Assembly: GCA_046290465.1 (NCBI GenBank) | Contig: JBKAGP010000001.1 | Span: forward strand, 5,856,001 to 5,920,000 | From: Planctomycetota bacterium | Lineage (GTDB): Bacteria; Planctomycetota; UBA1135; UBA2386 | Length of the DNA stretch: 64,000 bases | Direction of reading: 5' to 3' | Part shown: positions 18,140 to 27,991 of the stretch, one piece after another | How the letters are laid out: each line of letters begins with the position of its first letter | Position numbering within the stretch: the first letter of the stretch is position 1 | Program-made: the position numbers and the translations under genes | Notes under the pieces: generated by a model | Seen by the model: only the letters and a program-made list of their open reading frames with translations | Database searches by the model: none | What the model was told of the DNA's origin: nothing

Positions 18140-20816
18140 CGGAGCGGCCGCGCGTCTGCTCGCGGCCGCAGCGCTGTCGGTGGCCCTGTTCGCGGATGTG
18201 GCCATGGCGCAGCAGCCGGCCCCGCAGCAGCCGGCCCCGCAGCAGCCGCAGGGGCCGGGGGCCCGCGTCGATCGGCCGCTGCCGACGATCAGCGGCGAGC
18301 TGTACTTCGAGGCCGCCGTGCAGGCCTTGAAGGGCAAGTCCGTGCGTTCGATCCAGGTCACCAAGGCCGACCGGCAGAGCGCCTCGGTGACGCCGCTCGA
18401 CCAGGCCAGCGCCGAGTCGATCGTGCGCGGCCTCGAGACCCGCATCGGCCAGCCGTTCGAGCCGCGCAAGGTGTCGGCCGACTGCGCCGCGCTGTGGACC
18501 GAGCGGCGCCTGGTCGTGCGCGCCTACGCCGAGGAGGTCGACGGCGAGGTCGTCGTGACCTACCAGGTCGACCTGCAGGTCGAGCGCTACGAGAGCGTCG
18601 TGTTCGCCGGCCAGAAGCACCTCGAACTGCCCGAGATCTACGCGCTGATCGGCTACTACTCGGGCCGCCGCACGACCCGCACCGAGGCCGAGGCGATGCG
18701 CAAGCTGCTACTGGCGCGCTACCGGCGCGATGGCTACGCGTTCTGCAACATCCAGCTGGTCGACCTGCCCGCGTTCGACGACACGCCGACGCAAGAGGAG
18801 CTCGGGTCGCCGCGGCAGCGCCTGCGGATCCTGATCGAGGAAGGCCCGAAGGTGACGGTGCGCGACATCGACTTCGTCGGCAACCGGTCGTTCCCGGCGG
18901 ATCCGATCCTCGGCCTGTTCGGCACCGACAACTACCTGATCCGCGACGCGCGCATCGACAGCGACCCGGCGCGCGGCTTCGTGCGCGGCGGCGCGTTCAG
19001 CCGCGAGGTGCTCGAGGAGGACCTCGACCGGCTGCGCCTGTTCTACCGCAGCCGCGGCTTCCTGGAGGCGACCGTCGACCTCGCCGACGTGCGCTTCAGC
19101 GAGGACCGCACCAGCGTCGACCTGTCGTTCGTGATCGTCGAGGGCCCGCGCTACCGGATCCGTTCGGTCAAGGTGCAGCACGTCACCGTCGACCAGGAGC
19201 CGCTCGGCGTCGAGCCGCTGTATCCGGCGAGCGAGGTCGAGCAGGTGCTCAAGGTCGCACCCGGCGAGTTCTACGACCACGACCGGCTGCAGCGCGACCA
19301 GCTGAAGATCGAGGAGTTCTACGGCCGCCGCGGCCATCCGTCGGTCAGCTTCCCCGGCATGCGCCAGGCGCTGCGGCAGGGTTGTCGGGTGTTCACGCCG
19401 CTCGAGATCTACGCCGAGGGCCCCGAGGTCGACATCGTCTTCCAGGTCAGCGAGGGCTCGCCCAAGACGCTGCGCGACGTCGTGATTCGCGGCAACCGCT
19501 TCACGCGCGACCCGGTCATCCGGCGTCGCTTCCGGGTGCTGCCGGGCGAACGCATCGACATGCTCGAGGTGCGCCGGGCGCTACGGCGGATCGAGAACAC
19601 GCGGTTCTTCCAGGATCCGGTGACGCTGCAAGGGCCACGGCTGCAGCTGGAGCCGGTCGCGGGCGACCCCGACAAGGTCGACATCGGCCTCGACGTGCAG
19701 GACGGCCCGACCGGCGAACTGCGCTGGGGGGTCGGCATCTCGACCGGCATCGGCGCGCAGGCGCAGATCACCTTCAACAAGCGCAACTTCGACCTGTGGA
19801 ACCCGCCGAGCAGCGCCAACCCGATCACCGCGATCGAGGAGATCCTCGACGCCAAGGCGTTCCACGGCGGCGGCCAGAACCTGTCGATGCTGCTCGCGCC
19901 GGGTAGCCGGCAGAGCCAGTTCTCGATGACCTACGTCGAGCCCGACATCTTCGGCGACCACCTCGACACCTATGCGCTACGGATCACCGGCCAGCGCCGC
20001 ATCCGCCGCCTCCCCGACGGCTACACGTCCGACGTGCTCGGCGGCGAGGTCGGGCTGTCGCGCAACTTCACCGAGTTCTTCAATGCCGGCGTGTCGGTCC
20101 GCCAGGAGACCGTCGAGATCGACAGCCTGGCGCAGGACGCGACCCAGCTGGCGTTCGATGCCGAAGGCCAGACCGAGCTGCGCGGCGCGCGCATCAGCAT
20201 GCGCTACCGCGACTACGACGACCTGCTGCGGCCGACCGAGGGCGTCGACCTGGGGCTGTCGTTCGAGGTCATCGGCGGCCCGTTCGGGGCGGCCGAGGAC
20301 CTGACCAAGTGGGAGCACCGCGCCGACGTCTACCTGCCGATCGCCGAGAACGAGATGGGCCACCGCACGGTGTTCCACTGGCGGCAGTTCTTCGGCTACG
20401 CGCAGGAGTTCGGCGGCAGCGACGACGTGTTCCTGACCGAACGGTTCTACATGGGCGGCGGCAACCTGCGCGGGTTCGACTTCCGCCGCGCCGGCCCGAC
20501 GCAGTTCCAGCGGCCGCTCGGCGGCGAGGCGATCTACACGTCGAGCTACGAGGTCTACTTCCCGCTGGTCGCGACGCGGCTCGAGGGCGAGGTGCGCGAC
20601 CGCGAACTGCTGCGCTGGGTGGTGTTCACCGACATCGGCTTCCTCGGCCTCGGCCTCAGCGACCCGACCTTCGGTGAGATGCGCGCCAGCTCCGGCGTCG
20701 GCCTGCGCATCGAGATCCCGTACCTCGAACTGCCGATCGCGCTCGACCTCGGTTGGCCGTGGCTCTACGAGGAGTCGGACGACCGCCGCCAGCTCTACTT
20801 CTCGATCAGCCGATGA
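18102..20816 (+). CDS. bamA: Omp85/BamA outer membrane protein assembly factor
   Basis: Signal peptide, POTRA repeats, FYMGGGNLRGF barrel motif, C-terminal LYFSISR; start uncertain (TTG 18102 chosen). Confidence 0.9.
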   Translation: MRTTRAEPSRCSSGAAARLLAAAALSVALFADVAMAQQPAPQQPAPQQPQGPGARVDRPLPTISGELYFEAAVQALKGKSVRSIQVTKADRQSASVTPLDQASAESIVRGLETRIGQPFEPRKVSADCAALWTERRLVVRAYAEEVDGEVVVTYQVDLQVERYESVVFAGQKHLELPEIYALIGYYSGRRTTRTEAEAMRKLLLARYRRDGYAFCNIQLVDLPAFDDTPTQEELGSPRQRLRILIEEGPKVTVRDIDFVGNRSFPADPILGLFGTDNYLIRDARIDSDPARGFVRGGAFSREVLEEDLDRLRLFYRSRGFLEATVDLADVRFSEDRTSVDLSFVIVEGPRYRIRSVKVQHVTVDQEPLGVEPLYPASEVEQVLKVAPGEFYDHDRLQRDQLKIEEFYGRRGHPSVSFPGMRQALRQGCRVFTPLEIYAEGPEVDIVFQVSEGSPKTLRDVVIRGNRFTRDPVIRRRFRVLPGERIDMLEVRRALRRIENTRFFQDPVTLQGPRLQLEPVAGDPDKVDIGLDVQDGPTGELRWGVGISTGIGAQAQITFNKRNFDLWNPPSSANPITAIEEILDAKAFHGGGQNLSMLLAPGSRQSQFSMTYVEPDIFGDHLDTYALRITGQRRIRRLPDGYTSDVLGGEVGLSRNFTEFFNAGVSVRQETVEIDSLAQDATQLAFDAEGQTELRGARISMRYRDYDDLLRPTEGVDLGLSFEVIGGPFGAAEDLTKWEHRADVYLPIAENEMGHRTVFHWRQFFGYAQEFGGSDDVFLTERFYMGGGNLRGFDFRRAGPTQFQRPLGGEAIYTSSYEVYFPLVATRLEGEVRDRELLRWVVFTDIGFLGLGLSDPTFGEMRASSGVGLRIEIPYLELPIALDLGWPWLYEESDDRRQLYFSISR

Positions 20817-21367
20817 GCGGCGAACGGACCTTCCGCCGGCTCGACCGCGAGGTGCTGGTCGACAACCGCTGGCACCGCTACTGCCGCGACCGCTACGTGC
20901 AGCGCGACGGCTCCGAGGGCGAGTACTACTACGTCGACATGCCGGGCAGCAGCGCCACGATCCCCGTGTTCGACGACGGCACGATGGTGCTGATCCGCGC
21001 GCACCGCTACCTGCTCGGCCTCGACCTGTGGGAGTTTCCGATCGGCGGCATGAAGGACGGCGAGGACCCGCTCGAGGTCGCCCGCAAGGAGCTGCGCGAG
21101 GAGGCGGGGCTGCTGGCCGACGACTGGACGTCGCTCGGCCACTTCGCTCCGTACAAGGGCGTCTCCAACGAGCGCTGCCACTTCTTCCTGGCGCGCGGCC
21201 TGCACGGCGTGCCGCAGGACCTCGAAGCGAGCGAACAGATCAGCGTGCACCGCATGCCGATCGACGAGGCGCGGCGCACGCTGCTCGGCCAGGCCTGTGG
21301 CGACGGCCAGTCGATGGCGGGGCTGCTGCTGCTCGATCGCTGGCTGGCCGCGGGCAACCACCTGTGA
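20813..21367 (+). CDS. NUDIX hydrolase (ADP-ribose pyrophosphatase-like)
   Basis: Nudix box GGMKDGEDPLEVARKELREEAG. Confidence 0.92.
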   Translation: MSGERTFRRLDREVLVDNRWHRYCRDRYVQRDGSEGEYYYVDMPGSSATIPVFDDGTMVLIRAHRYLLGLDLWEFPIGGMKDGEDPLEVARKELREEAGLLADDWTSLGHFAPYKGVSNERCHFFLARGLHGVPQDLEASEQISVHRMPIDEARRTLLGQACGDGQSMAGLLLLDRWLAAGNHL

Positions 21368-22149
21368 GCGGCGCGCAGCTGCGGGACTTCGAGCGGGCCG
21401 AGCGCGCGCTGCACGCCGCGATGGAGCTGGCGCTGCGGCACGCGCGGGCCGGCGTCGAGGTCGACTACAAGGAGGGCGGCAGCCCGGTGACGATCGCCGA
21501 CCGCGAGATCGACGACCTGCTGCGGCGTGAGCTGGTCGAGCCGGGGGACGGCTGGCTGTCCGAGGAGAGCGAGGACGAGCCGTCGCGGCTGCAGCGGCAG
21601 CGGGTGTGGGTGGTCGACCCGCTCGACGGCACCCGTTCGTTCGTCTCCGGCCGCAAGGACTACTCGGTCTCGATCGCGCTGCTGGTCGACCGGCAGCCGG
21701 TGCTCGGCGCCGTCGGCAGTCCGGCCAACGGGGTCACCGTGGTCGGCGGGCCCGGGCACGGCGTGCAGGTGCACGGCGAGCCCGAGTGGCGGCTGCGCGC
21801 GGTCTCCGACCGGCCGCGGGTGGTGATGTCGCGCAGCGAGATGAAGCACGGCGAAGCCAGACACCTGGAAGGTGCGCTGCCGGTCCAGCCGGTCGGTTCG
21901 GCCGCCTACAAGCTGGCGCTGGTCGCGGCCGGGTTCGCCGACGCTACCTGGACGATGTGGCCCAAGCACGAGTGGGACGTCGCCGCCGGCGCGGCGCTGG
22001 TGCTCGGCGCCGGCGGCGAGGTCTGGCTGCCGCGCGGCGGCCACCTGCTGTGGAACCGCGCGCGGCCGCGGTTCGTCAGCTTCGCCGCGGCGCGGCCGGG
22101 TTTCCGCGAACTGGCCGAACGCTACGTGCGCGGGCGCGACCGAACCTAG
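21364..22149 (+). CDS. Inositol monophosphatase / CysQ-family phosphatase
   Basis: PVTIAD, LSEE, WVVDPLDGT and EWDVAAG motifs. Confidence 0.9.
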   Translation: MSGAQLRDFERAERALHAAMELALRHARAGVEVDYKEGGSPVTIADREIDDLLRRELVEPGDGWLSEESEDEPSRLQRQRVWVVDPLDGTRSFVSGRKDYSVSIALLVDRQPVLGAVGSPANGVTVVGGPGHGVQVHGEPEWRLRAVSDRPRVVMSRSEMKHGEARHLEGALPVQPVGSAAYKLALVAAGFADATWTMWPKHEWDVAAGAALVLGAGGEVWLPRGGHLLWNRARPRFVSFAAARPGFRELAERYVRGRDRT

Positions 22150-22186
22150 GCGTCGGTGCGGTCGATTGGGCTTTTGGCCCGACCGG

Positions 22187-24040
22187 CTACCAGAGCTGCA
22201 CCGTCGACCGGTCGCCCAGATACGGCGCGCTGCCGTCGTTGGGCGCCAGCAGCAGCTGGGCGAACACCGTGGCACCGGCCAACGCCGGCGACGGCGGCAT
22301 CGTCCACGCGACCCGCGCCACGCCGGTCTCGCGGTCCGGGGTCGGCTGCACGACGAACGTCGAGCCGAGGTCGAGGTGCAGTTCGCCGAGGCCCGGGATC
22401 GTCGTCGGCGGTCCAGGCGGCGCGAACCCGGCGATCACCACCGCGTCGCGCAGCGGCGTCGTCGAGAACACGATCTCGGCGCCGCGCGGCTGCACCCGAC
22501 GGAAGTGCGGGAACTGCTGCATCGACACGATCTCGGCCAGCATGCCGCAGGCGGCGATCCGCTGGCCGTCGAGCAGGTAGCCGACCTCGCTGTTGGCGAA
22601 CGGTGCCAGCGCGTGCGGCCCCAGGTCGAGGTGGTGCCATCGACCCGCCTGGGCGCCGATGCCGTGCGCGTGGTCGCCGTCGACGACCAGCGCGGTCGTG
22701 CGCCAGATCCGGAACAGCGGAGTGCCGGTGCCGGTCCGCGGCGTCGCGATCCAGCGCGCCTGGTCGCCGTCGAACGCGAACAGCGAGGCGCCGTCGTGGG
22801 CGAGCAGCGGCGCGCTGCTCGGATTGCCGGCCAGGCCCTGCACGGGCCGGCCGAGCGGCACGAACTGGCCGCTGTTGGCCGCGAACGCGTAGCAGTCGCT
22901 GCTCGCCTCGAGCGCGATCGTGGTCGTCGTGGCCAGGGGCGCGCGGCCGATCGTCGCCGCGGGGGCCGCGTGCCACGACGCCGTCACCGCGCTGAACGCG
23001 TGGGTCAGGCCGCCACCGTCGGTGGCGTAGGCGGCCGAGGCTCCGGCCGCCGAGCCGATGCTCGCGATCGGCAGCGTCTGGGTCTGCTGCCGCAGCGCGC
23101 TGTAGCCGCGCACGCCGGCGGCGTCGTGCAGCAACGCGGTCGCGAGCCCGGTCTCGATCGAGGTCGCCGCCGCGCCGACCGGCACCACGTCCGCGGTCAC
23201 CGCCGAGTACGCGTGCAGCGAACCGTTGCTGTCCAGCAGCGCGAACAGGTCGCTGCCGGCGACGACGCCGGCGTTCGGCAGCGAGAACGTCGTGAACGAG
23301 CCGACCAGGCCGCTGTAGGCGAAGCCGCCCTGGCCGTCGTGCCACAGGCCCCAGTCGTCGCCGCGTTGGAAGGTCGCGTTGGCGAGCGTGGGGGACTTCG
23401 ACCAGCTGCGGGTGTGCGCCGAGAACGCGTAGACGCGTGCGCCGACCGCGAAGCCGGCGGTGCCGTCGGTGTCCAGCGACTGGAGCTGACCGGCGCCGGT
23501 GTCGTGCCAGCGGCCGTCGAACGCGGACATGCCCCACAGCCGGGTGCCGCTGTGCACGACCGCGACGTGACGGCGCACGCTGCCGCTGGCATTGGCTGCC
23601 AGGGCGCGCGTCACCCAGCGGCCGGTGAACGCGCTGAACGCGTGCAGGGCCGCGCCGTCGCGGACCAGCACGATCGAGTCGTTCTTGGCGTTGGCGCCGT
23701 TCCACAGCACGGCGTTGGGCGAGACCTGCAGGTCGCTGCGCTGGCCGTCGTAGGACGAGATCGCGACGATCCGATGGCCGTCGAACAGCACCGCGCAGTC
23801 GTTGAACAGTTCGAGCGTGGCGGTCGGCGACTTGTCCATGTGGTGCCAGCGGCGCGTGATCGACGAGAACAAGTGCAGCGTGTCGCCCCCGTCGTAGCTG
23901 ACCAGCTTGCCCTGCCCGCGCACGGCCGCGGCCGCGATGCCGCCCGCCGGTCGCAGCTCGGCCCACGCGTTCGGGGACTGGGCCGTGCACGGCAGCGTCG
24001 CGGCGAGCGCGGTGGCGAGCAGGCGGAGCGGCGACGGCAT
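22187..24040 (-). CDS. Secreted beta-repeat (propeller-like) protein with shared C-terminal domain
   Basis: Signal peptide MPSPLRLLATALAATLPCTAQ; about 12 repeats of the AFSAxTGRW type. Confidence 0.75.
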   Translation of the reverse strand: MPSPLRLLATALAATLPCTAQSPNAWAELRPAGGIAAAAVRGQGKLVSYDGGDTLHLFSSITRRWHHMDKSPTATLELFNDCAVLFDGHRIVAISSYDGQRSDLQVSPNAVLWNGANAKNDSIVLVRDGAALHAFSAFTGRWVTRALAANASGSVRRHVAVVHSGTRLWGMSAFDGRWHDTGAGQLQSLDTDGTAGFAVGARVYAFSAHTRSWSKSPTLANATFQRGDDWGLWHDGQGGFAYSGLVGSFTTFSLPNAGVVAGSDLFALLDSNGSLHAYSAVTADVVPVGAAATSIETGLATALLHDAAGVRGYSALRQQTQTLPIASIGSAAGASAAYATDGGGLTHAFSAVTASWHAAPAATIGRAPLATTTTIALEASSDCYAFAANSGQFVPLGRPVQGLAGNPSSAPLLAHDGASLFAFDGDQARWIATPRTGTGTPLFRIWRTTALVVDGDHAHGIGAQAGRWHHLDLGPHALAPFANSEVGYLLDGQRIAACGMLAEIVSMQQFPHFRRVQPRGAEIVFSTTPLRDAVVIAGFAPPGPPTTIPGLGELHLDLGSTFVVQPTPDRETGVARVAWTMPPSPALAGATVFAQLLLAPNDGSAPYLGDRSTVQLW

Positions 24041-24186
24041 CGTGGCGACGATACGGGATCGCGCCGACGGCGCGAGGCGGGCGGCGGCGTCGGCGTCGTC
24101 TGATTCCTGTATCCGAACGGCCGCTGCCAAGGTCGGTTGCGCCCGGATTGGGCCCGGCGCCGTCGTTGCGTCGATGCTGTAACGGG

Positions 24187-25035
24187 ATGGAGACGCGTAC
24201 CTCAGACCTCTCTCGCGTGTTTGCGCGACTGATCCAGGCTCGCCAGGTCGAGCTGCCGCCGATGCCGGGCACGGCCGCGGAGGTGCTCGACGTCTGCCAG
24301 CAGGAGGATGCCGACGCGGCGCGCCTGTCGGCCGTGATCCACAAGGACCAGACGGTCGCCTCCAACGTGCTGCGCGTCGCCAACTCGGCGGCCTACTCCG
24401 GCCAGGTGCCGTGCTCGTCGCTGCAGCAGGCGGTCAGCCGGCTGGGCATGCAGATGGTCACCGAGATCACCATGGCGGTGTCGGTGCGCGGCCGCATGTT
24501 CACCAACGAGGCCTGCGCCGAATTGCTCGACTCGCTCTGGAAGCACTCGGTGATGACCGCGTTCTTCACCAAGGAGATTGCGCGCATGCGCCGGCGCAAC
24601 GTCGAGATCGCGTTCCTGTGCGGCCTGCTGCACGACGTCGGCAAGGCGGTGCTGCTCGGCAGCGTCGACCGCGTGCTCGGCAGCGAGGAGCTGACCGTGC
24701 CGCGCGACGAGCTCTACGAGGCGCTGCACGAACAGCACGTCGAGGCCGGGCTGCTGCTCGCCGACGAGTGGAAGCTGCCGGCGCTGGTGGCCGAGGCGAT
24801 CGCCTGCCACCACGACAACCATCTGGCCAAGAGCCACGCCGACATGGCGATGACGGTGTGCCTGGCCGACCACCTGAGCCACCTGATCGCGCCCAGCCAG
24901 CTGGCGGCGCCGCCGTCCGAGGAACAGCTGCGCGCGCACGACGTGCTGGTCGGACTCAACATCTACCCGGACGAGTTGGACCAGCTGCTGGCGATGCGGG
25001 AACGCGCGCTGGAGGTCACCGAGGGGTTGCAGTGA
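24187..25035 (+). CDS. HDOD-domain protein
   Basis: LPPMP, VLRVANSAAY, AVSRLG, GLLHDVGK, WKLP and IACHH. Confidence 0.92.
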   Translation: METRTSDLSRVFARLIQARQVELPPMPGTAAEVLDVCQQEDADAARLSAVIHKDQTVASNVLRVANSAAYSGQVPCSSLQQAVSRLGMQMVTEITMAVSVRGRMFTNEACAELLDSLWKHSVMTAFFTKEIARMRRRNVEIAFLCGLLHDVGKAVLLGSVDRVLGSEELTVPRDELYEALHEQHVEAGLLLADEWKLPALVAEAIACHHDNHLAKSHADMAMTVCLADHLSHLIAPSQLAAPPSEEQLRAHDVLVGLNIYPDELDQLLAMRERALEVTEGLQ

Positions 25036-26480
25036 GCGGCGCGCCAGGGCAGCCGGGTCGACCGCGTCCCGAGCAGTGGGACGTGGTCGTGATCGGCAGC
25101 GGCCCGGCCGGCCAGAAGGCGGCGATCCAGGCCTCCAAGGCCAACCGCCGCGTCTGCCTGGTCGAACGCGAGGTCGGCGTCGGCGGCGCCTGCGTGCACC
25201 GCGGCACGATCCCGAGCAAGACGCTGCGCGAGACGGCGCTGCACCTGTGCGAGATGCGCAAGCGCGTCGGCCGCCACGTGCGCATCGAGATGCCGCACGA
25301 CCTGCAGCTGGTCAGCCTGATGGATCGCATGGAGAGCGTGGTCACCGCGCACGTCGACTACCAGGGCCGCCAGATGATGCGCAACGGTGTCGAGCAGATC
25401 CACGGCCGCGCCCGCTTCGAGGACGCCAACACCGTGGTGGTGCAGGGCATCCGCGGGGACGAGCGCGTGGTGCAGGCCGGCACGATCGTGATCGCGACCG
25501 GCTCGCGGCCGCGCACCCCGGACAACGTGCCGATCGACCACGAGCACGTCTACGACAGCGACTCGATCCTCAGCATGGCCTACCTGCCGGAGTCGCTGAC
25601 CGTGCTCGGTGGCGGGGTCATCGCGGCCGAGTATGCGACGATCTTCGCGTCGCTCGGCGTCGCCGTGACGATGATCGACCGCGCGCCGCGGCCGCTCGGC
25701 TTCCTCGACGGGGAGATCCTCGACCGCTTCGTGCACACCTTCGAGGGGCGCGAGGGCTGCACGTTCCTCGGCCGGGCGAAGTTCGAGTCGGTCGAGTGGG
25801 ACGGCGTCAAGGAGGTCGTCACCACGCTCGAGAACGGCTGGAAGGTACGTTCGCAGAAGTTGCTGTGCGCGCTCGGCCGGGTCGCCAACGTCGAGGAACT
25901 GCGCATCGAGAACGCCGGCCTGACCACCAACGCGCGCGGCCACATCGAGGTCGACGGCGACTGCCGCACGGCGGTGCCGAGCATCTACGCGGTCGGCGAC
26001 GTGATCGGGCCGCCGTCGTTGGCTTCGGCGTCGATGGAGCAGGGCCGCCGCGCGATGCGCTCGGCACTGCACATGGACCACGCGGTCGACCACGACCTGC
26101 TGCCGTCGGGCATCTACACGATCCCGGAGATCTCGACCGTCGGCTGCAGCGAGGACGAGGCGCGCACCCAGGGCCGTTCGGTCCTGGTCGGCCGCGCGAC
26201 CTTCCGCGAGCTCGCCCGCGGCCAGATCTCGGGCACGCAGGACGGCATGCTCAAGCTGGTGGTCGACCCCGAAACGCAGCGCATCCTCGGCTGCCAGATC
26301 ATCGGCGAGGGCGCCACCGAACTGGTGCACCTGGCCCAGCTGGCGATGATCAACGGCAACGACGTCGGCGTGTTCGTCGACAACATCTTCAACTTCCCGA
26401 CCCTGGCCGAGGCCTACCGGGTCGCGGCGCTGGACGTCGTCGGGCAGGCGAACCGGCCGCAGCCCGAGCACGTCGACTGA
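25032..26480 (+). CDS. sthA: Soluble pyridine nucleotide transhydrogenase
   Basis: GSGPAGQKAA, GGACVHRGTIPSKTLRE (CxxxxT), IYTIPEIS and FNFPTLAEAYRVAAL. Confidence 0.92.
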   Translation: MSGAPGQPGRPRPEQWDVVVIGSGPAGQKAAIQASKANRRVCLVEREVGVGGACVHRGTIPSKTLRETALHLCEMRKRVGRHVRIEMPHDLQLVSLMDRMESVVTAHVDYQGRQMMRNGVEQIHGRARFEDANTVVVQGIRGDERVVQAGTIVIATGSRPRTPDNVPIDHEHVYDSDSILSMAYLPESLTVLGGGVIAAEYATIFASLGVAVTMIDRAPRPLGFLDGEILDRFVHTFEGREGCTFLGRAKFESVEWDGVKEVVTTLENGWKVRSQKLLCALGRVANVEELRIENAGLTTNARGHIEVDGDCRTAVPSIYAVGDVIGPPSLASASMEQGRRAMRSALHMDHAVDHDLLPSGIYTIPEISTVGCSEDEARTQGRSVLVGRATFRELARGQISGTQDGMLKLVVDPETQRILGCQIIGEGATELVHLAQLAMINGNDVGVFVDNIFNFPTLAEAYRVAALDVVGQANRPQPEHVD

Positions 26481-26490
26481 GTCCGGCCAG

Positions 26491-27267
26491 CTACCGGTCG
26501 AACATCTCGTCGAACCAGTAGACGTCGCCGTCGCTGCGCCAGACCGTGCCGCGGTCGCCGTCGCCGGGCGCGATCCGCTGCAGGCCCGCGGTCGGCAGGC
26601 CGCCGAGCACCAGGCCGCCGACGCCGCTGCGCGCGACCACGTCGCCGATGCCCTTCAGGTGCGACTGGCCGACGAGCACCACCGGCAGGCGGTCTTTGTG
26701 CCGGCGGCACGCCGCCGCGACGGTGCGGGCGATGTATTCGTCGCGGCGTGCGAGCGGCAGCCGCGGGGTCGGTTCGAGCGCGAACACGGGGATGCGGTGC
26801 TGCCGGGCGAACGTGAGCAGCGAACGGAAGAACCACGGGTCGAGCTCCGGGTCGTCGAGCCACGAGCCGCTCCAGCGGGTGCGCATGCCCGAGCGCAGCG
26901 CGCGCATGTCGATCCGTCCCTCCAGGTAGTCGTCGACCATCGGCTGGTCGCGCACGCCGATCGCCTCGAGCCCGAGCAGGAGGTCGGCGCCGTCGCGCAC
27001 CAGTTGGTCGAGCAGTTCGGTCTGCAGCGCGTGCAGCCGCGAGTGGCGGTGGTGGTCGCCGAGCCACAGCGCACCGGCCGCGCGCGCGCGGCGCAGCAGC
27101 GCGTGGCGGTCGACCGCCTCGACCAGCCGTTGGCCGGCGGCGTCGGCGAAGCTCTGCCGGTAATCGCGGAACGCCGCACCCGGACCGTCCGGCCAGTCGA
27201 ACCGCGTGGGCGAGCAGGCGCCGACGAACGTCAGCGTCGTGATGACGGCGAGCTTCGATGCAGGCAT
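26491..27267 (-). CDS. ChaN/PhuW-like lipoprotein
   Basis: Lipobox VGAC; WLGDHH...HALQ, LGLEAI, RDEYIA and VLVGQSH motifs. Confidence 0.65.
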   Translation of the reverse strand: MPASKLAVITTLTFVGACSPTRFDWPDGPGAAFRDYRQSFADAAGQRLVEAVDRHALLRRARAAGALWLGDHHRHSRLHALQTELLDQLVRDGADLLLGLEAIGVRDQPMVDDYLEGRIDMRALRSGMRTRWSGSWLDDPELDPWFFRSLLTFARQHRIPVFALEPTPRLPLARRDEYIARTVAAACRRHKDRLPVVLVGQSHLKGIGDVVARSGVGGLVLGGLPTAGLQRIAPGDGDRGTVWRSDGDVYWFDEMFDR

Positions 27268-27289
27268 GATGCCGCTGGCAAGGATCCCG

Positions 27290-27991
27290 ATGACGAACAT
27301 GAAGCGCAAGGTAGGTGTCGTTCTCTCAGGCTGTGGCTTCCTCGACGGAGCCGAAATCCGCGAAGCCGTGCTGACGCTGCTGGCGCTCGACAGCCACGAC
27401 CTGGAGGCGGTCTGCGTGGCGCCCGACCGGGACCAGCTGCACGTGGTCGACCACCTGCGCGGTGAGCCGGTCTCTGACGAGGTGCGCAACGTGCGCGTCG
27501 AGGCGGCTCGGATCGCGCGCGGGGACGTGCTCGATCTGGCCGAGGTGCACGCCGACGACCTCGACGCGATCGTGCTGCCGGGCGGCTTCGGCATGGCCAA
27601 GAACTGCAGCGACTTCGCCAGCAAGGGCGCGGAGGCGACCGTCGACCCAGAACTCGCCGGCCTGCTGCGCGCGATGCACGCCGCCGGCAAGCCGATCGGC
27701 GCGATCTGCATCGCTCCCGCCGTGGTTGCCGCGGTGCTCGGTGAGGCGGCCCACCCGGTGTTGACGATCGGCAACGACGCCGGCACCGCGGCGGCGCTCG
27801 AAGCGATGGGGGCGCACCACCACGACACGCCGGTCGACACGCCGGTGATCGACCAGCAGAACCGCATCGTCAGCGTCGCGGCCTACATGTACGACGCGCG
27901 CCTGAAGGACGTGTCCGCCGGCATCCACAAGCTGGTGCACAGCCTCGTGCAGCTGCTCGACGGCACCACCGCGGTGAGGACCTGCCGATGA
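27290..27991 (+). CDS. elbB: ElbB/ES1 (DJ-1/PfpI family) glyoxalase
   Basis: VVLSGCGFLDGAEIREAV, RNVRVEAARIARG, PGGFGMAKN and ICIAP. Confidence 0.93.
   Translation: MTNMKRKVGVVLSGCGFLDGAEIREAVLTLLALDSHDLEAVCVAPDRDQLHVVDHLRGEPVSDEVRNVRVEAARIARGDVLDLAEVHADDLDAIVLPGGFGMAKNCSDFASKGAEATVDPELAGLLRAMHAAGKPIGAICIAPAVVAAVLGEAAHPVLTIGNDAGTAAALEAMGAHHHDTPVDTPVIDQQNRIVSVAAYMYDARLKDVSAGIHKLVHSLVQLLDGTTAVRTCR

Noticed and set aside
24150..24177. sigma28-like -10 (GTCGATGC) before the HDOD gene
   Set aside because: No CAAG/TAAA -35 element at 15-bp spacing
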